The notes beneath the pieces were generated by a model. That model was not told the DNA's origin. It did no database searches and was given only the letters and a program-made list of their open reading frames with translations. Shown here piece after piece: positions 37,831 to 47,341 of a stretch of DNA of 64,000 nucleotides. Position 1 is the first letter of the stretch, and each line of letters begins with the position of its first letter. Source of the stretch: Planctomycetota bacterium (GTDB taxonomy: Bacteria > Planctomycetota > UBA1135); NCBI GenBank assembly GCA_045047305.1, contig JASFYO010000029.1, forward strand, positions 1 to 64,000, read 5' to 3'. The position numbers were made by a program, and so were the translations under genes.

Positions 37831-39062
37831 TGGAGACGTGCAAGCTGATTCCAGAAATCAGGAAAGGATTTAGCGACGCAACCCTGTCCTGCGATTTTCA
37901 GCTGTGGATAGCGTAACGATGCGATGCCAGCGGCCATGGCCAAACGATGATCATTGCAAGAATCAAACGCTGCTTGCGTGTGGGTTAGTGCACCTGGCTT
38001 CACACGTAACTCCCCTGCTCGCGCAGACATCGTACCTCCCAGGATAGCGGCCAGATGTTGCATGCCGTCTAACCGATTTGATTCTTTAAAACGCAGCCGC
38101 TCTGGATTGCGAAAAACCATGCCGTTGGGCATTTGGCTGGCGAGAACGGCAAGTGCTGGGCCGCTGTCAGGCGAATCTTGAAGGTCAAAGATGGGCACCC
38201 CGGAAGAAGCGGCAACCGCAGCGGCTGGCATCGGTACGAGGGTCGTCCCTTCGACTTGCAGGAGTCCGTTCTGGCGAAGAAAGTTCAGCACCGCAATATC
38301 CGGGTGCGACAGATCCCAAGGGCTTCGGATTTGAATCTCGCGCTGTTGCAGAATGGCAGCTACAGCGAAAAAGACCACAGCGGAGGCGTCGGATGGGATT
38401 TGCAAGTCTTGGCCGAGACCGTAACCCGCTTGTTGCTGCCACCCGTGCGCTTGGATTTGCAGGACATCGGGGCCGCGAAATTGCTGCAGCATGCAAACCG
38501 TCATGTCTAAGTATCCACGCGACACGGGTTCAGACCCTAACTTCCAGCTTTGCGCTTGCTTGCCAGAAGCCATCAGGAAACCACTGAAAAACTGACTGCT
38601 GAGGTCGACTGGAATCTGCATCTCTTGAGGTAGAGCGCGGCCTGAACTTTGCAGGTGAAAGCCGGAGGCTGTGGGAGTCAAAGAAGCTCCAAATTGAGCT
38701 AAGGCATCGACCATCACTTGTTGCGGCCGCGCGCGAAGGCCGGGTGCGAGTCCCAACATTAAGTCCTGCGGAACAGCAGCCAGCAGCGGCACCAAAAAGC
38801 GCAAAGTGGAGCCACCTTCACCGAGAGTCAGGGCATCGACCGTTGCCGTTTGCGGGCCGTGGCGCCCAACCACAAGCAGGCTGCCGCAGTCGTCTAGCTC
38901 AAGGCTCCAACCTAGTTGGCGCAGGGCTTGTTGCAAGAAGACGCTGTCATCTCCCGTACTTAAGCCAACCAGCCGACTTTCGCCTTGAGCCAGTGCCGCC
39001 AAAATCAACGCCCGTTGGGAGACGGATTTACATCCTGGAAGGTCGAGGGTGACGCGGCGCAT
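37827..39062 (-). CDS. aroA: 3-phosphoshikimate 1-carboxyvinyltransferase
   Basis: PGCKSVSQR, GSTLRF, SSQFFSG, LRFKESNR, DHRLAM and KSFPDFW. Confidence 0.92.
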   Translation of the reverse strand: MRRVTLDLPGCKSVSQRALILAALAQGESRLVGLSTGDDSVFLQQALRQLGWSLELDDCGSLLVVGRHGPQTATVDALTLGEGGSTLRFLVPLLAAVPQDLMLGLAPGLRARPQQVMVDALAQFGASLTPTASGFHLQSSGRALPQEMQIPVDLSSQFFSGFLMASGKQAQSWKLGSEPVSRGYLDMTVCMLQQFRGPDVLQIQAHGWQQQAGYGLGQDLQIPSDASAVVFFAVAAILQQREIQIRSPWDLSHPDIAVLNFLRQNGLLQVEGTTLVPMPAAAVAASSGVPIFDLQDSPDSGPALAVLASQMPNGMVFRNPERLRFKESNRLDGMQHLAAILGGTMSARAGELRVKPGALTHTQAAFDSCNDHRLAMAAGIASLRYPQLKIAGQGCVAKSFPDFWNQLARLQ

Positions 39063-39066
39063 AGGG

Positions 39067-39080
39067 AGATTCTAGAATCT
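39067..39080. promoter_or_regulatory. Palindromic bidirectional -10 element for aroA and purC
   Basis: Perfect palindrome AGATTCTAGAATCT gives TAGAAT on both strands, 6 nt before the aroA ATG and 5 nt before the purC ATG. Confidence 0.7.
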
Positions 39081-39083
39081 GTC

Positions 39084-40025
39084 ATGGCCAGTGCATCCCC
39101 TTCCGACCTCACTTCCCATGGTTACGCCGGTGGCATAGAGATTCCTGGGTGGAATCTATTCTACGTAGGCAAGGTGCGCGACCTTTATCGCCATCCTAAC
39201 CACCCTCAGCACATGCTGATGGTCGCCACCGACCGCCTCAGCGCCTTTGATGTGGTGATGGCCGAAACAATCCCCGATCGTGGTCGAGTTCTGACCCACA
39301 TCACTGAGTTCTGGCTACAAGAATTTGCCGATTGGATGCCTGCCGCACGGGTCACCTGCGATCCGGAAGAGATTCCTGACCTCCCGACGGCATTCCACGA
39401 CGCGCTGCGTGGTCGCGCCACCTGGACCAAGGAAGCCGATCGGGTGAATGTGGAAGTGGTATTGCGTGCCTACCTCGCCGGTTCCGGATTCCGCGAGTAT
39501 GCAAAAACCGGCCGCTTGTGGGATCACGCCCTCCCCGCAGGCTTGCAAAACTCTTCGCAACTACCAGAAGTCCTGCACACTCCAACCACCAAGGCCGAGG
39601 TCGACGAACCCGTCACCTGGGTCGAAGCCATCGAACTCATTGGAAACCAAGACGAGGCTGCGCAAATCCACAAACTCGCTCTGCGGATTTTTAACCAAGC
39701 CAGCCAACGCGCAGCCGCCAAAGGTGTGGTCCTTGCCGATACCAAGTTCGAATTTGGTCGGGTGGACGGCAAGCTTGTTCTCATCGATGAGGTGATGACC
39801 CCGGATAGCTCCCGTTACTGGCCGCAGGATCAAATTGTTGCTGGGCAAGAACCGCCAAGCTTCGATAAGGAAATCGTGCGCAGCTATTTACGCTCGATTA
39901 CCGAGTGGGATAAAACGCCACCACCACCAAGCATTCCTGCCGAGGTGATTGCCGAAACCAGATCCCGCTACTTAGACATTTGCGAGATCCTGACTGGCAG
40001 TCTGCCGGTATCCGTTTCGCGCTAA
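39084..40025 (+). CDS. purC: SAICAR synthase
   Basis: GKVRDLY, ATDRLSAFD, TPTTKA, ADTKFEFG, DEVMTPDSSRYW and SFDKE. Confidence 0.97.
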   Translation: MASASPSDLTSHGYAGGIEIPGWNLFYVGKVRDLYRHPNHPQHMLMVATDRLSAFDVVMAETIPDRGRVLTHITEFWLQEFADWMPAARVTCDPEEIPDLPTAFHDALRGRATWTKEADRVNVEVVLRAYLAGSGFREYAKTGRLWDHALPAGLQNSSQLPEVLHTPTTKAEVDEPVTWVEAIELIGNQDEAAQIHKLALRIFNQASQRAAAKGVVLADTKFEFGRVDGKLVLIDEVMTPDSSRYWPQDQIVAGQEPPSFDKEIVRSYLRSITEWDKTPPPPSIPAEVIAETRSRYLDICEILTGSLPVSVSR

Positions 40026-40081
40026 GTTTTTGTTACCTTAGCTGAGGTCAGGGTAGGAGCGGGCTATGAGCCTCATCTCTA

Positions 40082-40273
40082 TTCGGCGACATCTCAGTGA
40101 CTTTTCCGTGGTTGCAAACACCTCGATTCCCAGCAGACGAGAACGGCGTGGTGAATTTCACCACCACCCTTCCACGCGGAGTTTCCGGGCATAGCCTTTA
40201 TAGTCAGGCCATTGAGCTACTTGGCGACGGAACCGCAGAACTCAGCAATGCACTAGCGGCCCAGGTTCCATAG
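40082..40273 (+). pseudogene. Orphan 3' gene remnant (C-terminal beta-rich domain of a secreted protein)
   Basis: Frame reads FGDISVTFPWLQTPRFPADENGVVNFTTTLPRGVSGHSLYSQAIELLGDGTAELSNALAAQVP-stop; in-frame stops lie just upstream and there is no ATG start. Confidence 0.55.
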
Positions 40274-40359
40274 CAATTCAGCATTCCAATGTTATCCTTC
40301 TGCTAACATCGTTAACGTTCACTCCTTATCCTTGAACAAACCCCGTTTCGGAGTTCAAG

Positions 40360-40668
40360 TTGAACATAAAATCAAGATCTTCCCGCCGCCAACTCGCGTT
40401 TTGGGCTGGCATTACATTAACCTTTTTATCCGCGCAGTTACTCGCACAAGAAACCACTGGAGGTGACCATCACTTCGATGACTCCCAAGTCGGTGTATTC
40501 CGTGGGGAGAGTTTTAGGCTTGCGGTAGCATCGCTAGGCGATATCAATATCGATGGAATCCTAGATATCGCAGCCGGTCCTATAGATGACGATGGCATTT
40601 CTGATTTCGCGGTTGGTTCCTTGCCTATGCGTGAGAGCGTTCAGGCGATTCTCGACGTTCAGCCTTAA
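40360..40668 (+). pseudogene. Truncated FG-GAP repeat protein
   Basis: Signal peptide followed by only two abutting FG-GAP fragments (SLGDINIDGILDIAAG, DDDGISDFAVG); too short to form a propeller. Confidence 0.6.
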
Positions 40669-42479
40669 TTCGATTGGGCTTCGCTTTTTTCGAAGCGCGC
40701 CAAGGCAATTTCAAGCAAGGCGACATCCGCAGGAGTCACTCCGGCTAATCGTCCTGCACTTCCCAGAGTTTCCGGTCGCACTTCCTCCAAGGTTAGACGC
40801 GCTTCATTGCGTAATCCCTTGATGTTATCTAATGCAAAATTGGAAGGGATTAAAGTTCCTTCGCGTGATGCAGCACGTGCCACCCAAGCAGCCTGACGTT
40901 TTACATAGCCTTCATATTGCACATCTGCTTCAAGAGTTTCCCAATCGCGATTGCTTAGTCCAAAACGCGCACTTTCGGGTGCAACTTCCAACACCTTTTG
41001 CCAGCCACCGTGTTTCGGTTGACGCAAAAGCGCCAGGTGTTCTCCCAATTCCGCCAGCGCTAGATCGAGCCTTGCTTTACGCGCAGCATAACGCTCAAAA
41101 CGATGCCTCGAACAGCCGCCAAACTCCTGTGCAACCGGAGTGAGGCGAATGTCGGCGTTGTCATGACGCAGCAACAATCGATGCTCCGCACGCGATGTGA
41201 ACATGCGGTAAGGTTCGGTGGGATCGCTCACCACCAAGTCATCAATAAGCACTCCGATATAGGCTTGATGTCGACCGAGCACAATCGAGTCACGCCCCAA
41301 GATTTTGAGCGCGGCATTCCATCCTGCCATCAATCCTTGTGCCGCTGCTTCCTCGTAACCAGAAGTGCCACAGATCTGGCCGGCGAGGTACAGGCCATCC
41401 CAGTCACGCAATTCCAAGGTACGGTGCAGGCAACGCGGGGCAACATGGGTGTACTCCACCGCATATCCCGCCTGCACAATCACCGCGTTTTCCATGCCAA
41501 TACAGGTGCGCACAAACTCCTCTTGTACCTCGATAGGCAAAGAAGTGGAAATGCCGTTGGCGTAGAGCAAATCGGAATCGACGCCTTCCGGCTCCAAAAA
41601 CACATTATGCGCATCGCGGTCAGCAAAGCGCACCACCTTGTCCTCCAACGACGGACAATAACGCGGACCGACACCATCAATGCGTCCGGCATACATGGGA
41701 GCCAGATGCAAATTTTCCCGCACGATGTCTTGCGTACGTTTCGTGGTGGTGGTTTGCCAACAAGAGATTTGCTCGTTATCAATGCGATCGTGAAGGAAAC
41801 TAAATGGAACCGGATCAGCATCGCCTTTCTGTTCCGTCATCACCGAGTAGTCCACCGAATCAGCAGCAAGACGTGGCGGGGTTCCAGTCTTTAAACGCGC
41901 CGTGGGTAATCCCAATTTGCGTAATGCTTGACCAAGACCAGCAGCACCGGCTTCGCCAAAACGCCCGCCTTCGGTCTTCACCAAACCAGTATGGAGCAAT
42001 CCCTCTAAGAAAGTACCGGTGGTCAAGATGACTGCTTTGGCTGCAAATTCGCGGCCATCGGCCATGCGGATGCCACGGATTTGCTTCTCATTCCAGAGTA
42101 AATCTACGGCCTCGCCCTCGATGACATGAAGTCCTTCCTGTGCCGCCACCATTTCCTGGGCGATACGCTCATAGCCCTCGCGATCACATTGCGCCCGTGG
42201 CGACTGCACTGCGCGTCCTTTCGATGTATTCAACATGCGAAATTGAATACCAGCACGGTCGGTGATGATGCCCATCCAGCCGCCAAGAGCATCAATCTCA
42301 CGCGTGAGTTGGCCCTTGCCAATCCCTCCAATCGCTGGGTTGCACGACATCCGCCCCAAAGCCTTGGCTTGGAGAGAAACGAGGCCGACCTGAAGGCCCA
42401 GGCGTGCCACCACCGCTGCCGCTTCTAAGCCAGCATGGCCACCGCCAATCACCAAAACATCGTGGGAATCTATCATCAT
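40665..42479 (-). CDS. mnmG: tRNA uridine-5-carboxymethylaminomethyl modification enzyme
   Basis: GGGHAG, MSCNPAIGG, LKTGTPPR, GPRYCPS, AGQICGTSGYEEAAAQG and EPYRMFTSRAE. Confidence 0.97.
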   Translation of the reverse strand: MMIDSHDVLVIGGGHAGLEAAAVVARLGLQVGLVSLQAKALGRMSCNPAIGGIGKGQLTREIDALGGWMGIITDRAGIQFRMLNTSKGRAVQSPRAQCDREGYERIAQEMVAAQEGLHVIEGEAVDLLWNEKQIRGIRMADGREFAAKAVILTTGTFLEGLLHTGLVKTEGGRFGEAGAAGLGQALRKLGLPTARLKTGTPPRLAADSVDYSVMTEQKGDADPVPFSFLHDRIDNEQISCWQTTTTKRTQDIVRENLHLAPMYAGRIDGVGPRYCPSLEDKVVRFADRDAHNVFLEPEGVDSDLLYANGISTSLPIEVQEEFVRTCIGMENAVIVQAGYAVEYTHVAPRCLHRTLELRDWDGLYLAGQICGTSGYEEAAAQGLMAGWNAALKILGRDSIVLGRHQAYIGVLIDDLVVSDPTEPYRMFTSRAEHRLLLRHDNADIRLTPVAQEFGGCSRHRFERYAARKARLDLALAELGEHLALLRQPKHGGWQKVLEVAPESARFGLSNRDWETLEADVQYEGYVKRQAAWVARAASREGTLIPSNFALDNIKGLRNEARLTLEEVRPETLGSAGRLAGVTPADVALLEIALARFEKSEAQSN

Positions 42480-42529
42480 TTCCAAGCGCAGGACGCAACC
42501 TGCCGAGCTTTGTATTCTAAAGCACTCTG

Positions 42530-43810
42530 ATGTTTACCGTTGCCCTCCTCCTGTGCGCGCCACTCGCCATTTCCTGCCCTCAAGAACCGAGTGCTGGATT
42601 CGAAAGCCTGACAGCGGCATTGCAAAAGCGAACCGCCGTGCGGCGTGCTAATGCGGAGCAGGCCTGGAAGGACCACGGTGCTGCCTATCTGAACCAACCG
42701 GCTCGTGGCACTATGGACCCCCTGCTGAATTTCGCGCCCGAGATTCAAGAACCCCTGCTGAACGCCCTGCAGCAAACATTGCGCGGAGAACTCGACCAGC
42801 CTGACGCCCAGCAAAGCATTCTGCTCTTGCTGGCCCGATGCCTCAACTCAGGCGGCTCAGCACGTTTGCTAGAGATTCTTCCACAGCTGCCTCCAGCACG
42901 GCAGCCCGACACCCTACGCAGCGTAATTGCGCAGGGTGGACCACGCACCCTTAGTCTTGCGCGCACCTACCTTGACCATGCCAACCCGGCCTTGCGCCAA
43001 GCAGCTCTAGGTGGACTCTTGCTGCACCTCCATGTGTCGGAAACACCGTCCTTGGTCGCGCGGATGGATTTTGCGCAAATGGATTTGGAGCTCTTTGGGG
43101 CCACTCTAGATGAGCTGGCTAATCGAGATTTACCCGATAGCTTTCAGCTCCCCACCGAGGCCTTCCGCCAAACCCAACGCGCCTTTGTCGCTGGCGTAGT
43201 CACGCTGCTTACCGCCCACCCACAAGAAAACGCCGAGGACTACCTGCTTGACCGGGTACTCGATCGCACTGGGACCGGCTTGTCCACCGAATCAAAGGTG
43301 GACTCCCTGCACGCCTACGAAGCTGGCGCCACCGCTTTTCGCTGGAAAACCGGGGTACGAGCACTCGCCCGTGAGCTGAAAGACCTTCCACGTTCGCCAT
43401 ATAGCCTCGAAATCGCTTGGTCCTTGCACCGTTTGGGCGAAAAAGCGGGGCGCAACTATTTGTTAGAAAAGCCCTTGGCCACCGCCCGCCGCAACCCAGA
43501 TGACTGGCGCGCACAATTCGCTTTGGCCCAGCTTCAGGTCGAGGTCGATGAGTTTCAATCGGCCTATCGCCTATACAAAAAGACCCTAGATTCCCTCGAA
43601 GGCACCCCTGTGGTGCGCCGGGTTGAGAAATGGGATTATTTCTACGCTGCACGCGCGGCAGCTGGCGCCAAGCATTCCAAAGAGGCTGGGCAGTGGCTTG
43701 TGGCGGCACGGCTGAGGCCTGAGGAGCTGGCTCCCTACCGAGATTTACCGGAATTTCAGCCCTACCTCAAAAAGGAACCCTTCAATCGTCTGCTAAAGGT
43801 TGCCGATTAG
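42530..43810 (+). CDS. Exported HEAT/TPR-repeat hypothetical protein
   Basis: Hydrophobic N-terminus; helical repeats; C-terminal TPR-like NPDDWRAQFALAQL. Confidence 0.7.
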   Translation: MFTVALLLCAPLAISCPQEPSAGFESLTAALQKRTAVRRANAEQAWKDHGAAYLNQPARGTMDPLLNFAPEIQEPLLNALQQTLRGELDQPDAQQSILLLLARCLNSGGSARLLEILPQLPPARQPDTLRSVIAQGGPRTLSLARTYLDHANPALRQAALGGLLLHLHVSETPSLVARMDFAQMDLELFGATLDELANRDLPDSFQLPTEAFRQTQRAFVAGVVTLLTAHPQENAEDYLLDRVLDRTGTGLSTESKVDSLHAYEAGATAFRWKTGVRALARELKDLPRSPYSLEIAWSLHRLGEKAGRNYLLEKPLATARRNPDDWRAQFALAQLQVEVDEFQSAYRLYKKTLDSLEGTPVVRRVEKWDYFYAARAAAGAKHSKEAGQWLVAARLRPEELAPYRDLPEFQPYLKKEPFNRLLKVAD

Positions 43811-43864
43811 GGGCGGCGACGGGAGAATGTTCGGTCCTGGGTCATGTGGACCCACCCAAAAGAC

Positions 43865-45199
43865 GTGCCGAAATCCCTCCCCATTGAAGCCGACAAGACC
43901 GAACTCGGTGCTTGTCACTACAAAATCTCCGTCAAGGTTCCTGCTGAACGGGTGACCGAGGAATTTGATCATGCTTACAAATCCGCATCGCGGGGCATGA
44001 AAATTCCAGGTTTCCGTCCTGGCAAAGCGCCGGCATCGGTCCTTCGCCAACTCCTTGGAGACGGCATCCAAGAACATGCTACCGAGCATCTGTTCGAGCA
44101 CACCTCGGGCGATGCATTGAGTGTGGTTGGGCTGCGCAGTGAAGTTTTGCGCATGCTGGAATTCGATCCAAGCCAATACACCGTCGAAGATGGAACCGCG
44201 CTCGAGTTCGAATTCGAAGTAGAAACCATGCCTCAAATCGATCTTCCAGAATGGACGGAGATTGATGTCGAAGCGGAAGAAACCGAAGCGACCGAAGAGC
44301 AAATCCAAGAAGCCCTCAACGGTTTGGGACAAAACCATGCCAAGTTCGAGGAAGTCGAAGACGGTAGCGTCGACGAAGAGCTTCTTGCTGAAATCGATCT
44401 GGTTTACGAACTAGATGGCGAAACTGGCCCCGAAGCCAAAGAGCTTAAGTTTGGCCTCGGCTCCCCGCTTTACGGCGCGGATTCTGAAAAATACGACGAA
44501 GCACTACGCGGCGCCCAAGCTGGCAGCGAGTTTGAACTCGAGGTCGAGTTCAACGAAGGCTTCTCCAAAGAAGAGTGGGTTGGCAAGACAGGCATCGCCA
44601 AAATCAAGGTCCTCAAGGTGCTCAAGCAACGTGCTGCAACCAAGGAAGAACTCTGTGAGGGGCTTGGCCTAGATAGCCCAGAAGTGCTCGATGAGCGCTT
44701 AGAAGCACGCATTGCCGCTGATAACGTACAGCGTGAGCGTGAGCGTCAGGCCCATGAAATCCTGGCCACCATCGTTCGCCTGCGTCCTTTCGAACTGCCG
44801 GGCCGCATGATTGAAGAAGAAGCTGCTGCCACCACCAAGTCGAACAAGGAGCGCATGATGCAACAAGGCGCGAGCGAAGAGCAGGCAGAAGAAGAGGCTG
44901 CCAAGCACGTGGACCAAATGGTGGAGGATGCAGAAAAACGCCTCAAGCATTGGTTCATTCTGCGCAAAGTTGGCGCTGAAATGAAGGTACGGGTGACGTC
45001 TAAGGATTTGGACATGGCCTACCGTTCGATCTCGATGCAGCAACAAGTCGATATCAAAATGGTCAAGACCTACTATAAGGAGCAAAACATGGTGGATAAC
45101 CTCCGTGGCGAAATCCTTGAGTCCAAAGTCCGCTCCACGATCGTGGATGTGGTCGCCAAGCACCGCGAAGATAAGGCCGCTGCGCCGCTGGAATCCTAA
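43865..45199 (+). CDS. tig: Trigger factor
   Basis: IPGFRPGKAP ribosome-binding signature; sits upstream of clpP-clpX. Start assigned to GTG 43865 (ATG 43844 is possible). Confidence 0.92.
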   Translation: MPKSLPIEADKTELGACHYKISVKVPAERVTEEFDHAYKSASRGMKIPGFRPGKAPASVLRQLLGDGIQEHATEHLFEHTSGDALSVVGLRSEVLRMLEFDPSQYTVEDGTALEFEFEVETMPQIDLPEWTEIDVEAEETEATEEQIQEALNGLGQNHAKFEEVEDGSVDEELLAEIDLVYELDGETGPEAKELKFGLGSPLYGADSEKYDEALRGAQAGSEFELEVEFNEGFSKEEWVGKTGIAKIKVLKVLKQRAATKEELCEGLGLDSPEVLDERLEARIAADNVQRERERQAHEILATIVRLRPFELPGRMIEEEAAATTKSNKERMMQQGASEEQAEEEAAKHVDQMVEDAEKRLKHWFILRKVGAEMKVRVTSKDLDMAYRSISMQQQVDIKMVKTYYKEQNMVDNLRGEILESKVRSTIVDVVAKHREDKAAAPLES

Positions 45200-45237
45200 T
45201 TGGAATCCTTCCAGGCTTCCTAAAGGATGCCGCCCAT

Positions 45238-45280
45238 AAACGCCGAGAGCTTCTTCAAGGGGCTCTCGGCGTTTCTTTTT
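45238..45280 (+). terminator. Rho-independent terminator after tig
   Basis: Stem AAACGCCGAGAGC/GCTCTCGGCGTTT followed by CTTTTT. Confidence 0.85.
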
Positions 45281-45327
45281 GGATGCCGAGGTTTGATTTG
45301 CCCCGCCAATAACGCTACTTTCCTGCC

Positions 45328-45942
45328 ATGAACTCGCCCGAGCACCAGCCCGCCCAAGGCTTCTCCATTCCTTACGTCATCGAGAAGACCGGTCGCGGTG
45401 AGCGCACTTACGACCTTTACTCCCGCCTTCTGGAAGATCGCATTATCTTCCTCGGCACCGGAGTAGACGACATGGTCGCCAACGTCATCGTCGCCCAGCT
45501 CTTGTTCCTGTTTAAGCAGAATAAGAACCAGGACATTCAGATGTACATCAACTCCCCGGGTGGCTCGGTCACCGCTGGGTTGGCGATTTACGACACCATG
45601 CAGTACATCGACTGTGATGTATCTACTTTCTGCATCGGGCAATGCGCATCCATGGGTGCGGTTTTGCTGGGTGGAGGCGCTACGGGTAAGCGTTTTATCC
45701 TGCCCAACTCCCGGGTGATGATTCACCAGCCTTGGGGTGGTACGCAAGGCACCGCCAGCGACATGGAAATCCAGGTCGCTGAGATTCTGCACTTGAAAAA
45801 GCGCCTCAACGGCATCCTTGCCCACCACAGCGGCAAGACCCTGAAACAGGTCGAGAAGGCTACCGACCGTGACAATTTCCTCTCCGCTGAGGAAAGTGTG
45901 GAGTTTGGTCTCGTCGACCAGATTATCGGTCAGGTGAACTAG
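45328..45942 (+). CDS. clpP: ATP-dependent Clp protease proteolytic subunit
   Basis: [28 protein letters not shown] and DRDNF. Confidence 0.98.
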   Translation: MNSPEHQPAQGFSIPYVIEKTGRGERTYDLYSRLLEDRIIFLGTGVDDMVANVIVAQLLFLFKQNKNQDIQMYINSPGGSVTAGLAIYDTMQYIDCDVSTFCIGQCASMGAVLLGGGATGKRFILPNSRVMIHQPWGGTQGTASDMEIQVAEILHLKKRLNGILAHHSGKTLKQVEKATDRDNFLSAEESVEFGLVDQIIGQVN

Positions 45943-45977
45943 CGTTCCAGGCCCCTTTCTTAGTGTAGACTATACGT

Positions 45978-47318
45978 ATGGCAAGGGGCCAAGACCGAGG
46001 AGAAGTAGAACGTTGCACTTTCTGTGAGAAGGTGCGCGCCCAGGTGGAGTCGTTAATCGCGGGTCCACCTGGAATCTATATCTGTAATGAGTGCGTGGAA
46101 ATCTGCAACTCGATCCTGCATGAAGAGGACCGGCGCTTGCAATCCGTCACCGAACCCGAGGCCGATAAAACCTCGGTGGGTTTCCTGACTCCGCGCGAAA
46201 TCGTCAATCGTTTGGACGAGTACGTCTACAGTCAGGAAAGCGCCAAGCGTGTCCTGGCCGTTGCGGTACACAACCACTACAAACGGTTAGAGGCCGATGC
46301 CCGCATGGCTGCGGTCAAAGACGGTGCGGAAAAACCGGAATGGGCCAACGTGGAGTTGGAGAAGTCCAACGTCTTGCTGATAGGACCGACCGGCTCTGGA
46401 AAAACCCTGCTTGCGCGGACTTTGGCGCGCATTCTGAATGTGCCCTTCGCGATTGCCGATGCCACCACTTTGACCGAAGCCGGCTATGTAGGTGAAGACG
46501 TCGAAAACATCTTGCTGAAGCTGCTGCAGTCCTGTGACTTTGATTTGGAGAAGGCCCAACGCGGCATCATCTATATCGATGAAATCGACAAGATTGCGCG
46601 CACCACTTCCAACGTGAGTATCACCCGCGATGTCAGCGGTGAAGGCGTACAGCAGTCCTTGCTAAAGATTCTGGAAGGTTCGGTGGCGAATGTGCCACCC
46701 CAGGGCGGACGCAAACATCCGGAGCAATCCTGCATTCAAATGGACACTTCCGGCATCCTCTTCATCTGTGGCGGAACTTTCTCTGGGATTGAAGAGATCA
46801 TCGGGCGCCGTGTAGGCGAAGGTTCCATTGGCTTCCACTCTCCTGAAGAATCGGTGAAAGCGATTGAGGTCAAAGACCTCAACGACCGTGATCGTTTGGT
46901 GCCGTTGCTCGACACCAAAGATTTAGTCGACTATGGATTGATTCCTGAGTTCGTCGGACGTCTTCCAGTCCATGTTCACCTCGCTGGCCTTAGTCAGGAA
47001 GATTTAGTGCATATCTTGGTTGAGCCAAAAAATGCGCTGATTCGTCAGTTCCAGGCTTACTTCGCCATGGAAGAACACGAGTTATCCTTTACCCAAGAAG
47101 CTTTGGTGGAGATTGCCAAAAAAGCATTTGAACGTGAAACCGGCGTCCGTGCCCTACGTTCCATCTTGGAAGGCGTACTACACGATCTCATGTTCCATCT
47201 CCCGGAATACGGCTCCCCTGGACGTAGCTTTGTGATTACCGGCGAAATGATTCGTAACGGCAATGCCAATGTCTTGCTGGAAGGGGGCGAAGAGAACGCC
47301 CGTCGCGAAACCGCCTAG
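45978..47318 (+). CDS. clpX: Clp protease ATP-binding subunit
   Basis: C4 zinc finger, [28 protein letters not shown] and IGF loop. Confidence 0.98.
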   Translation: MARGQDRGEVERCTFCEKVRAQVESLIAGPPGIYICNECVEICNSILHEEDRRLQSVTEPEADKTSVGFLTPREIVNRLDEYVYSQESAKRVLAVAVHNHYKRLEADARMAAVKDGAEKPEWANVELEKSNVLLIGPTGSGKTLLARTLARILNVPFAIADATTLTEAGYVGEDVENILLKLLQSCDFDLEKAQRGIIYIDEIDKIARTTSNVSITRDVSGEGVQQSLLKILEGSVANVPPQGGRKHPEQSCIQMDTSGILFICGGTFSGIEEIIGRRVGEGSIGFHSPEESVKAIEVKDLNDRDRLVPLLDTKDLVDYGLIPEFVGRLPVHVHLAGLSQEDLVHILVEPKNALIRQFQAYFAMEEHELSFTQEALVEIAKKAFERETGVRALRSILEGVLHDLMFHLPEYGSPGRSFVITGEMIRNGNANVLLEGGEENARRETA

Positions 47319-47341
47319 GCTTCCCACACTAACCCTTGGTC

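Noticed and set aside
41103..41894. 263-aa plus-strand ORF
   Set aside because: Entirely antisense to mnmG, with no recognisable motif.
43793..45828. Minus-strand ORFs of 154-202 aa opposite tig and clpP
   Set aside because: Typical antisense shadows of strongly codon-biased genes; no motifs.
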